A stretch of 64,000 nt of DNA from Camelus dromedarius (taxonomy: Eukaryota). Of this stretch, positions 25,181 through 35,880 are shown piece by piece. A program made the position numbers and the translations under genes. Location of the stretch: assembly GCF_036321535.1 (NCBI RefSeq), contig NC_087438.1:5458001-5522000 (forward strand), given 5' to 3'. The notes under the pieces are model-generated. The model was given only the letters and a program-made list of their open reading frames with translations, was not told where the DNA came from and searched no databases. The first letter of the stretch is position 1, and each line of letters begins with the position of its first letter.

Positions 25181-25318
25181 GAGGGAGGGTATAGCCCAAG
25201 CGGTAGAGTGAATGCTTAGCATGCACAAGGTCTTAGGTTCAAACCCCAGTACCTCCATTAAAAAAAAAAATTAAATAAATAAACCTAATTACCTCCAACC
25301 CTCCCCAGCGGCCCCCCT
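25181..25318 (+). mobile_element. tRNA-Ala-derived camelid SINE (vic-1-like)
   Basis: gagggagggtatagcccaagcggtagagtgaatgcttagcatgcacaaggtcttaggttcaaaccccagtacctcc, A-run, then aaacctaattacctcc tail. Confidence 0.9.
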
Positions 25319-25413
25319 AAATTAACATGAACACAACAGGTGCTTCTCAGATTCTGTTCTCTCCTGTATGTGTGAGCGTTTTCTGAGCCAGCTTTTATTC
25401 TGGTGTAAATTTT

Positions 25414-25556
25414 AAAAAAAATTTGGGGGGGGAGGTAATTTGGTTTGTTTGTTTGTTTATTTATTTATTTATTTATTTAACAGAGGTACTGGGAATTGAA
25501 CCCAGGACCTCATGCATGCTAAGCACACGCTCTGCCACTGAGCTATACCTTCCCCA
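25414..25556 (-). mobile_element. tRNA-Ala-derived camelid SINE (vic-1-like)
   Basis: Antisense copy; 14-bp TSD ctggtgtaaatttt at 25400-25413 and 25557-25570. Confidence 0.92.
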
Positions 25557-25894
25557 CTGGTGTAAATTTTTAAATATAAAAATATTTACAAAGAGCCAGA
25601 ATCAACTCCAAAAATGATATAGTGAAAGTCAAGCTTTAAAATTTCAAAACTTTCTCCTTGAAGATCAGCACAGAGACATTATGGACAAAGCCATTAACTA
25701 CGGAACAATAAAATATAAGCAAATGGACATTTACACAGAAAAAAGACTCAAATTTAAGGCAGAATGTTGGGGAAAGGACAAGAGATGCTGGCCTTGTGTT
25801 GTTAAAAGGAACCGCAGGGTGTGTTTGAGTATTTTTATCAACATCACCGAGAACTGAACACTTCTTCTAAAGCCGTGGATTAAACATCCTCAGA

Positions 25895-25980
25895 GGGGAG
25901 GGTCTAGCTCAGTGGTAGAGCACATGCTTAGCACGCACGAGGTCCTGGGTTCCATCCCCAGCACCTCCACTAATAAAAAA
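25895..25980 (+). mobile_element. Short, tail-less tRNA-Ala(AGC)-derived SINE or tRNA pseudogene
   Basis: ggggagggtctagctcagtggtagagcacatgcttagcacgcacgaggtcctgggttccatccccagcacctcca followed by a short A-rich run. Confidence 0.85.
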
Positions 25981-27875
25981 ATTCTCAATGTTTGTTAACA
26001 TTCAGCTCTTTTCTCAGATTCCTTTGGACGTTTTCACTTAACATAATAGAAATTTATGGTGAAGATATCTTACGGGAAATTCTTCAACTGCGGAGACATT
26101 TGAAAGCCATTAGAATCGGTCCTGAAGGAACAAAGACAGGAACAGTATTTCAGTTTCTGGAAATTGTTGTGAAATGTGATTTTTATGGATCTCTGACAAA
26201 CTTATCCTTACATTTAAGACTTTTCCTAACACTTCATAAATCTGTTCCTTTACGTGAAACCACTTTTCGAACTTAAAATTTCAAAAGCGTTTTTCGATTA
26301 ACTATGGACGAAGAGTCGTGACAAGTCTTATGTGTCCACTGAACGTGACTATGCAAAGAATGTTAATTTTGACAACTATGCAGAAGTTGTGGACCAAAAA
26401 CAGGCTCTGTGCTGTATTTAGTTAAGGCATTAGGCCCTTCTGTAGGTAAAAATTTCCCCCCATTTTTCAAAAAATGCATTTGCATTAGTGGGATTAGAAG
26501 GAAGCAATCCATTGCTATTGATCTTTTGTATAATATTTAACTTTTATACTTAACAATGATTATATGTAACACAACCCTGTAAATCAACTACACTTCAATA
26601 AAAAATAAAAATAAATTAAAAAATAATTATACATACGTATATCAAGGTCAATAAGAGGAAGTTTTCACTGTGTTTTTTTCCCGCCATTATTATTACGTGT
26701 TTCACTGTGGAATTGCTACTGAGAATAATGTGTCCCGTAGAGGAGGCGGTGTCTAATGTGTTAGGCCACGTCTGACCTGAAGTTTGGCTTCAGAAGAGGG
26801 AGCAGCCTGGGCTCCTACAGTAAATGAAGAGCTTCCCGAGGGGGGAAGCTTTCTGTTGTGTGGGAAGAGGACTTTCGTTTAAAAAAAAAAAAAAGCCCAA
26901 AAAGAAGAAAGAAAAAAAGAAAAATTTTACCATTTTCTTAGCATGTTGTATTTTCTTCACTATGATAAAATACAGAAATTGGAATTCAGTACATCTAGCA
27001 CATGACCCTCATTCCTTGGCTTTCATTATTTGTCATTAAAAAAAAATGCACTGTCTTCATCACTTAGCGTCTAACACTGCCTCCGCGTGACCGACGGTGA
27101 GTGCGAGGTCCCCGGAGGGGGATTTTCCATCTGCTGGAACATACTAGTCAGAAAATGAAGGGGAGCTGGGTCAGGAATGCTTTGTTCCCTTTGGCTTGTA
27201 TTGCGGCCACGTGGGTCTCCAGGCTCCGACGGAGCAACCTGCCAGCCTGAAATGCGAGGAGAAATGGAACCACTCGGGGTCACGGCCGCGTCCTCCTGAA
27301 CTCCTGGGTGGCCGGCGGGAGCTCGGACCAGCTCTGGGGACTATTTAAGATGCTTGGCTCCATGGTGACCAGGGATCACCACTGCGGTCCATCATCTGAC
27401 TATGGCAAAGCAGCCTGCCCAGAATCTTACTGCTTTTCTAATCAAATCAAACTGAGAAAATATATGATGGTGTGTCTGTATATATTAATTACCTTCTCAT
27501 TTCTGAACGTTCACCTTTTTTTAACTTCAGTTTTCAGATACATGTAAGAAAAGCTGATGTTCGTTGTAAGTATTAGAATGTAAGCCAAGGACAAGTGCAA
27601 TAGTCATTATAAAAGATGTCTCATTTCCTCCAACGATGTAGGACGAAAAAGGCCTGGAGACGTGCGGGTCTTTATGGCTTCGAGTTCCACTCTCACAGCT
27701 CCTTCCACACTTGCTACAGGTTTCCTGAAAAGGCAGCGGGACTCTCTCCCAGCTGACTGTGCAAGGTGAGACTTAGCTGCGTAGCGTTTCTTCGGTGGTT
27801 AACCGTGAAGTTCGTGATGGACACAGACTGAGGCCTCAAATCTTTTTCTCTGCGGCGAGTCCCAATAGCATTTTG

Positions 27876-27990
27876 GTGGGGGAGGTAATTAAGTTTATTT
27901 ATTTGTTCTTAGAGGAGGCACCGGGGATCGAACCCAGGACCTCATGCTTGCCAAGCATGCACTCTACCTCTTGAGCGATACCCTCCCCTC
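27876..27990 (-). mobile_element. tRNA-Ala-derived camelid SINE (vic-1-like)
   Basis: Antisense copy; 16-bp TSD tccca(a/g)tagcattttg at 27860-27875 and 27991-28006. Confidence 0.92.
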
Positions 27991-30211
27991 TCCCAGTAGC
28001 ATTTTGAACTGGAGGCTCCAGGTGAACAGCGGTGGGTGGTGCTTAACCATACGTGCACCTCTTGGTCTGTTTCGCATGATCTCTGACCGGCAGACTGCAT
28101 GTGAAAGGCCTTGTCACATTGAGAAAATTATGTTATTTTGAGAAAATTATTAAATCTTTATCAATATTGGCAACTGGGTCGATAGGTTAACCTCAGTGAA
28201 CAGGAATTTTGACAATGGTCCATGAGATGAGTTCACACATGTGAAGTCCTTAGAGCTAGGCCTGGTCCTGATATAAAATAAGGACTTAAAATGTGCGCGT
28301 ATTAATTACTAAGAGCAGTGCTGTTACTAACTTGACGCCTGCTCCTAACACTTCTGCACCCGTTCCTGGAGAAACACTGCTCCGTGGCTGGGTGTGCTGT
28401 GAACTTCAGAGGTGTGTCTGATGTATGCCAAGGTCCCTTTGATGTATTTCTAACTCCCCTGGCAACTGCGCATCCCACAGCCTGGTTCCCGAACACCCAT
28501 CTGTCTCCATGGTCCTTGATCCAATAGCGGTTAACCTAGTGTATCTTATCAGCTTTAATTCATGCTCCAGAGGGTAACAGGTAAAGGAACACATTCCGAA
28601 AAGGTCTAAATCATGTTTCTATTTTTCCAGATGGATGCCTTTAACAAAAGAGCACGATTCCATTGTGTGTAAGAGCAGTTAAATTCTGCCTTCATTTCAG
28701 AACCTATCTGTAGGTTCTTAAGACCTTTTTTCTTCAGTATTTTCAAGGAGAAGTGAGAAAGTTGTATTTTCTTTGTAAGAAGTTTCTCAGTGAAATATAT
28801 GAATTATGGTCACAAGACCTAGGGGACTTTGCCGCGCACACGGATTATTTTCTCACGGGCACCTTTCTTCATAGCAGCTACAGAAGTGTAAGCTAGAGTT
28901 ACAGCGAGTTATCACTTACCTGCATTTTTGCCTAATTATCAGTTAAAAAAGACTGACTGGCGAGGGTTTCATTTGGAGCCAGACTAGAAAAGCCCAGAGA
29001 ATGAATGTGACTTGCTCCAAGAAGATTTAGGGACATACTGCTAATTAGTCAGCCATAGTGGGGTCCCTTAGGGATGTGCTGGTGTGCTTTCATAAGTTAG
29101 GCCCAGTGCCCAGCACTTGTCACAATTCTGTGGGACAATGTCGTCACATGTGAAATCTAAAAGACCAAGACAAAAGTGGAGGGAGATACTTCTGGCCCAT
29201 CTTCTCCCTACAGTATCAGATCCGCAGCTCCCTTTGCTGGTTAAATGGAGTATTAGGAGCCGAAATTCGAAATCTTTCCCCCTCGAGCAGTAAATGCCCT
29301 GGTTCTCTCAGAGGAACTCAGACATGCCTAAGTGGGCCTCACCTCCTCCTCCCCACGTGCCTAGGCTGACCTGAGCTGAGTCCCCAGGTCAAGCTGACAG
29401 GTATTAGACCCTGTGTCTCAGTTTTCCTTCTATGGTAAGTACCAGGCATGGTCTGGGGACATGTGTCTTTCAGGAGATGAACCAGAGGACAGAGTACAGT
29501 TAAGCATACACCTTTACCCCACACGCCAGAGCTTGAGCCGCTCCCTAGGAGTGATCTGTCTCGGGGAAGAAGGGGTGAGTTCTCACTGAGCCTTAGCAAG
29601 CGGGTCAGCCTAAACTTAGCTAATTTCTGAAGTAGTTGGTCAAAGATGGCGCTGAGAAGAAAGGAATTTTTCTGGAGTTCATCAGCCTTTGAGGTTTGGC
29701 AGTTCAGGTTTATCAAGATGGGGTTGGAAGGAATAGCTATGGGGCCAAGATAGCTAATAAAATAAAACAGCCACCAGATGATGTTAATGGGGTGTCTCTG
29801 CGAAGAGTGCTGACCCTGCACTCCCAGAACCAAAGCAGCATCTGAGCGTCTGCCGAGGACAGCAGAGAATCGTGTCTGGAGTCTGGGGAGGTGAGGGTGG
29901 GACACTGACATTTCCATGCCACCGTTTCTGCTCAGTTACAGCAGAGACCCTAATCTATGATGTCACCCTACGGGCTCCCTCCCAGCTGCAGAGGAGCCCT
30001 CCCACTCTCCATGCTGAAGCTGTGGGAAAGAATGGGCTCTGCGACCATTCCAGCCCCTCAGTGTTGTTTGGCCAGGAAACCTGGATGGTCAGATGGAGAG
30101 GGTCCTGAGGCTGGAGCCTACCAGGTGTGGAATAGCTGGAGGAGCAGGGACATTATAGGGAGCCCCAGCTACAAAGTGTGGAACTGTATTTTCAGTTTAA
30201 TGTACATGTTT

Positions 30212-30366
30212 ATTCATCCATCCACCCATCCAACTATCCATCCATCCTTCCTTCAGTCATCTATCATCCATCCACCCATTCACTTATGCACCCATCCACT
30301 CATCCATGCTTCATCCATCCACTCATTCACTCATCCACCCATCCACCCTTCCATCCATCCATCCAA
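30212..30366. repeat. Degenerate (CCAT/TCAT)n tetranucleotide repeat, probably expanded from an L2 tail
   Basis: catccatccacccatccaac...ccatccatccatcc followed by L2-like aataaatgctcaatgagcaactacta. Confidence 0.85.
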
Positions 30367-31062
30367 TAAATGCTCAATGAGCAACTACTACAAACCTACT
30401 TTTTGCTGGCTGCTCCTCAAGGAGTGTGCAATCTTATGTGGGAGGCAACTATGTAAATTGATGAACAACTAGGTAAATCACCTTACAGTGTGCTATTAAT
30501 TACTAGAACTATTGACAATGTATTTTCTGTTCAGTCACTTCTACCACCATAGCTGTGTCTCAGTTTGCACCCCAGCAGTGCAAAATTGCTTGTACCTACT
30601 AAAAACGATGCCGCACTTTCAAACTTCTGTGCCTTTAAAAATATTGTACTCAGTGTTTGGCATGACCACTCATTCCCCATCCCTGCTTGTCTATTTGGCC
30701 AACTCCTATCTATCCCTCGTGACTCAGCTCAGGGGCAGGCTGCTCAGTGTGGCCGCCATGATTCCGTCTCAGTGGGTCCTTGGCTGATGGAGCCACTGAA
30801 TCTTGTCACCAGCCCAATAGCTGGTGACCATACTAGGATGACATTATACACAGGATACCTCCTCACTACACTCTTAAGTTTCATTCTGACCTGGACTGTA
30901 TCCCTGTGTCCACGTTTACCCTGTGATGTACACAGTGAGCTATCCAAAAACATTGAAAAATTAAATAAATGAACTGATGGGGTGCTTTGGCAGCAAGAAA
31001 GATCAAGTGACACACTCTTCATTTCTTCATTTCTTCAGCTAACAATGACGGATAGATATTTC

Positions 31063-31643
31063 TTTTTTTTTTTTAACATTTTTTATTGATTTATAATCAT
31101 TTTACAATGTTGTGTCAAATTCCAGTGTTCAGCACAATTTTTCAGTTATTCATGGACATATACACACTCATTGTCACATTTTTTTCTCTGTGAGTTATCA
31201 TAACATTTTGTGTATATTTCCCTGTGCTATACAGTGTAGTCTATTCTACAATTTTGAAATCCCAGTCTATCCCTTCCCACCCTCCACCCCCCTGGTAACC
31301 ACAAGTCTGTATTCTCTGTCTGTGAGTCTATTTCTGTCCTGTGTTTACGCTTTGTTTTTGTTTGTTTGTTTTTGTTTTTTAGATTCCACATATGAGCGAT
31401 CTCATATGGTATTTTTCTTTCTCTTTCTGGCTTACTTCACTTAGAATGACATTCTCCAGGAGCATCCATGTTGCTGCAAATGGCATTATGTTGTCGGTTT
31501 TTATGGCTGAGTAGTATTCCATTGTATAAATATACCACATCTTCTTTATCCAGTCACCTGTTGATGGACATTTAGGCTGTTTCCATGTTTTGGCTATTGT
31601 AAATAGTGCTGCTATGAACATTGGGGTACAGGTGTCATCCTGA
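31063..31643 (-). mobile_element. Young 5'-truncated L1 3' end
   Basis: Poly-T at 31063; ORF 31379-31621(-) is the ORF2 terminus ([20 protein letters not shown]...); perfect 16-bp TSD gacggatagatatttc at 31047-31062 and 31644-31659. Confidence 0.95.
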
Positions 31644-33040
31644 GACGGATAGATATTTCAAGTGTGTGCCAGGCCAGCCCTGGGAGCTGAGGACACTGCG
31701 GTGAGTGGGAGGGTCACAGCAGCCCCTGCCCTCCTGGATGGTTCTCTCTGACAAAGTCAAAGGCAGGATGCCTAGCTACAGCCCAGCGCTCAGGCTGGCC
31801 GTAAGGCATCAGGTTAAATTAAAGATCCTCTGACTGTGGGAAAGTCAGGTGGAAGCGGTTAAGGTGGCCAAGCTTCACGCAGAGCTGGGGCAGGAGGAAT
31901 GCAGGGATGGTTAGAGCGTTACAGGAGACAGAGCAGCCTTCAGGGCTGTGTCAGCAGACAATGCCCTGTCCAGGAAGACCGAGGCTCTTGTCGCTGGTTG
32001 TAATTACCCTGCTGGTGTCTGAAGTCTCGGTGGACTGAAAAGCCAGCACCATGACAAGTGGAAATAATTGCTGAGAGGTGGAGAAAAAATGAGGGATAGG
32101 AGCACAGAGCAGCTCTGCAAATGGAGCAAATGGAAAACCGACAAGGCATTGAAAGTTCTCCTTCAATTCACCCTATGCTGGAAGCTGCGATTTCCTTTGC
32201 TTGGAGAATTTAGCCCCAGGGCAACCTGACTGAAAAGGAGAGCAGGGGAATGCAGTGTTTACTTTGAACCTTTCAGGTGGGAATGATTTAAGAACTGGAT
32301 TCTGTTACAAATGCCCATGTCCACCTCCAGGGCTCCCTCATAAGGCTCGCATTTCAAACAGCCAGATTCTCCCCCTACCCCAGGAGAGCTGCTTTTTGTG
32401 GGGAAACTGATATGAAACTAGAAGGACAGATTGAGGTAGGTTCCTTACAAACTGGTATAAGTATTCACTGAAAAATGGATTAGGATAAATACTGTTTGAA
32501 ATGCCTCAGGGGCAGACGTGTTGGTTTCCTGGTGTAAGATCTTTCTGTGCTGCCTGACTGTAGAATGATTGTGACCATGCCCATTTAGGATTTTATCTGC
32601 AGAGACATCACGGATATAAAAGCCAAGGAACCCAAATTACAGGGTTGGTTCCAAGGTGGACTCTTGCACCGTCTTGGGAAGACTCTAAATCCCTCTGAGA
32701 CCCTGGGTCTCTTCTGTCTGCTCACACTCTATGACCCTGAGATTTCCCTCCTAGAATAACTGTTACGGTTTTCCTGCTCCTTAGTGAGTGGGCTGTGCAC
32801 GCTTGAACTAAGTATTAGCGACAGAGGAGGAAAATAACACCTGTCAGCAAATGTTCTATTGGGAAAGATATGCAAAATTGTTCTCAAAAATCATAAAGTT
32901 CTAGGCAAAAGCCTGCATTCTTGTTGCTGATATTTTAACTTTTGTCAGATATTTGACTGAGTCCCTCTTACTGTCTTACATACTTTATTAGATAATATGT
33001 GTACTAGACATTGTAAAGGGAAAAGGTTGAATTCTGCAAG

Positions 33041-33356
33041 TAAACAACAGAAATGTATCATCTCAGAGTTTCAAAAGTCCAAGATCAAAGGGTTGCAGGG
33101 TTGATTTCTTCTGAGGCCTCTCTCCTGGGCTGTAGATGGCTGTCTTCCCCCTGTGTCTTCACGTGATCTTCCCTCTGTGGGTATCTGCGTCCTGATCACC
33201 TCTTCTTAGAAGGACACCCATCATCTTGGACTAGGGTTCACCCCAATGACTATTCTAACTTAATTCTCTTTTTAAAGGTCCATCTCCAAGTACAGTCACA
33301 TTCTGGGGTGTCAAGGGTTTGGACTCAAATACGAATTTGGGGAGAACACAACCCAG
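33041..33356 (-). mobile_element. MaLR LTR (MLT1B-like)
   Basis: aaacaacagaaat...gtccaagatcaa...tctgaggcctctctcct...aaggacacc...tctccaagtacagtcacattctg. Confidence 0.8.
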
Positions 33357-33394
33357 AATGGTTAAAAGTCATAAAATTTTTATTTATGAAGCAA

Positions 33395-34530
33395 ATCATT
33401 TTCACAGCCTTATTGAAGTATAATTGACATACAATAAACTGCACATATTTAATGTGCAAAACTGGTGACTTTTGACAGATGTGTGCACCTGTGAAACGAT
33501 CACAGAAATCAAGGTAATGAGCTCCAAGAGTCTCCCTGTGTCCTTTTGAAATGTATACCTCCCCTCACCCTGAAACACTATCACAAATAACCACTAATCT
33601 GTTTTATGTCGCACTATACGTTACTTTGCATTTTCTAAAACTTTCTATAAAGGAAATCATATGTCATGAATTCTCTTTTTTTTTTTCCTGGCTTCTTTTA
33701 GTCATCACGATTATTTTGAAATTTATTCATATTGTGTGCAATCAATAGTTTATCCTTTTTATGGCCGAGTAGTATTCCACTGGGTGGATCTACTACAATT
33801 TGTTTTTTTTTTTAACATTCTTTATTGATTTATAATCATTTTACAATGTGTCAAATTCTAGTGTAGAGCACAATTTTTCAGTTATACATGAACATATATA
33901 TATTCATTGTCACTTCTTTTTCTCTGTGAGCTACCATAAGATCTTGTATATATTTCCCTGTGCTATACAGTATAATCTTGTTTATCTACTCTACAATTTT
34001 GAAATCCCAGTCTATCTTTTCCCACACCCCACCCCCTTGGCAACCACAAGTTTGTATTCTATGTCTGTGAGTCTGTTTCTGTTTTGTATTTATGCTTTGT
34101 TTTTGTTTTTGTTTTTTTTTTAGATTCCGCATATGAGTGATCTCATATGGTATTTTTCTTTCTCTTTCTGGCTTATTTCACTTAGAATGATACAATTTGT
34201 TTATTCATTCACTTTTTGATGAACATTTGGGTCTTTCCACGTTTGAGCTAGTCTGCAGAGAACTCCTATGATATTGGTGCACAAGAATTCGTGTGGACAT
34301 ATGCTTTTACTAGTATACTTAGGTATGGAATAACTGGGCCATACGGGGATGTGAGTAACTGTTTCAGAACCTGCCAAACTGTTTTCCAAAGAGGTTGTAC
34401 GATTTTACATTCCATCAGCAGTGTGAGAGCATTCTTCTGCTCCATGTCCTCACCAGCACTTGATATGGTCAATTAAAAAAAATTTTTTAGCTATTGTATT
34501 GTTTGCATTGTGGTATCTAACTGTGCTTTT
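33395..34530 (-). mobile_element. Old L1M 3' fragment (host of a younger L1)
   Basis: cagccttattgaagtataattgacatacaataaactgcacatattt tail; antisense ORF2 end at 34200-34500. Confidence 0.75.
33806..34190 (-). mobile_element. Young L1 3' end nested in older L1; same subfamily as 31063-31643
   Basis: Poly-T plus 3' UTR highly similar to 31063-31450; 12-bp TSD tacaatttgttt at 33794-33805 and 34191-34202. Confidence 0.92.
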
Positions 34531-34539
34531 TTCCCCCAA

Positions 34540-35880
34540 TTTTTAAAAGACTTTATGTTTTCTGAGCAGTTCTAGGCTTACAACAACCCTGAGAAGGGGA
34601 CTATAGAGAGCTCCCAAGAACTCCCTGCCCCGACACAAGCATAGCCTCCCCCATTATCAACATTACTCACCAGAACCGTACATTTTTGGTCAAGGATGAA
34701 CCTACATTGACACACCATTATCACCCAAAGTCCTTAGTTTTCTTTAGTGTTAGTACTTGGTGTTGTACATTCTGCGGGTTTAGATGAATGTATAATGCCA
34801 TGTATCCATCATTATAATATCATAGGGTGTTTTCATGCCTTAAAAATCCACTCTGTTATGCTTGTTATTGCCCCTCCCACCCAACCCGGCAACCGTTGAT
34901 CTTTTTACTGTCTCTATAGTTTTGCCTTTCCCAGAATGTCGCAGAGTTGGAATCATACCGTCCGCAGCCGTTTCACATTGGCTCCTTTCACTTAGTGTTA
35001 TGCACTTCAGTTTCCTCCGTGTCTTATCACAGCTTGACAGCTCACTTCTCTTTAGCACTGAATACTATCCCATTCTCTGGATGCAGCAGTTTATTCAACC
35101 ACTCACCAACTGAAGGGCATTTTGGTTGCTTCCAAGTTTTGGCAATTACGAATAAAGCTGCGTATCCATCCACATGCAGGCTTTTATGTGGGTATAAGTT
35201 TTAAACTCCTTTGGATAAATATCAAGAAGCAGGGTTGCTGGGTCACACGTATGAGCACGTTTAGGTTTGTAAGACACTGCCGAAGTGTCTTCCAACGTGG
35301 CCGTGCCATTTTGCATTCTCACCAGCAGTGACTGACGGTTCCTGTCGCTCCACTTCCTTGGCAGCATTTGGTGTTGTCCGTGTTCTCGATTTTGGCTGTT
35401 CTAATAGGTGTGTAGTGGTGTCTCAGTGTTGTTTTAATTTGCATTTCCCTGATGACACATGGCATGGAGCATTTTTTTATGGGCTTATTTGCCATCTGTA
35501 TCTTCTCCAGTGAGGTGTCTGTTAAGGTCTTTGGCCCATTTTTTTAGATCGAGTTGTTTGTTTACTTCTTGTTGAGTTTTAAAAGTTCTTTGTATATTTT
35601 GGATAACAGTCCTTTGTCAGACATTTGTCCTTGTCTTTTCATTCTCTTGATGTTGTCTTTTCCAGTTTTAATTTCCATGAAGTTCCAGTTATCAATGATT
35701 TTTTTCATGGATTACGTCTTCGGCATTGCATCTAAAAAGTCATTGTCATACCCAAGGTCACCTCGGTTTCTCCTCCTAGGATTTTTATAGTTTTGTATCT
35801 TACATTTAATTCCATGCTTCATTTTGAATTAACTTCTGTGAAGGGTATAAAGTCAGTGTCTAGATTCATTTTCTCATTGT
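34540..35880 (-). mobile_element. L1MC-like 3' portion
   Basis: gactttatgttttctgagcagttctagg...cctcccccattatcaacat 3' UTR, then antisense ORF2 C-terminal sequence. Confidence 0.8.

Larger units (their letters stand above)
24760..26775 (+). mobile_element. hAT (Tip100/Zaphod-like) DNA transposon fossil, transposase C-terminal region
   Basis: ORF 25992-26276 ends ...SLTNLSLHLRLFLTLHKSVPLRETTF, resembling the hAT dimerisation motif (PNL...LRLFLT..VSVASCERSFSKLKLIK..LRSTM); degenerate continuation to ~26390; 5' boundary uncertain. Confidence 0.65.

Noticed and set aside
25895..25970. Functional tRNA-Ala gene
   Set aside because: The T-loop reads TTCCAT, the 5' end is SINE-type (ggggaggg), there is no downstream oligo-T terminator, and it matches the SINE heads elsewhere in the window.
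29339..29917. 192-aa minus-strand ORF, the longest in the window
   Set aside because: No recognisable domain, no supporting exon structure, and composition typical of a chance ORF.
29957..30472. 171-aa His/Pro/Ile/Ser-rich ORF
   Set aside because: Translation of the (CCAT)n simple repeat.
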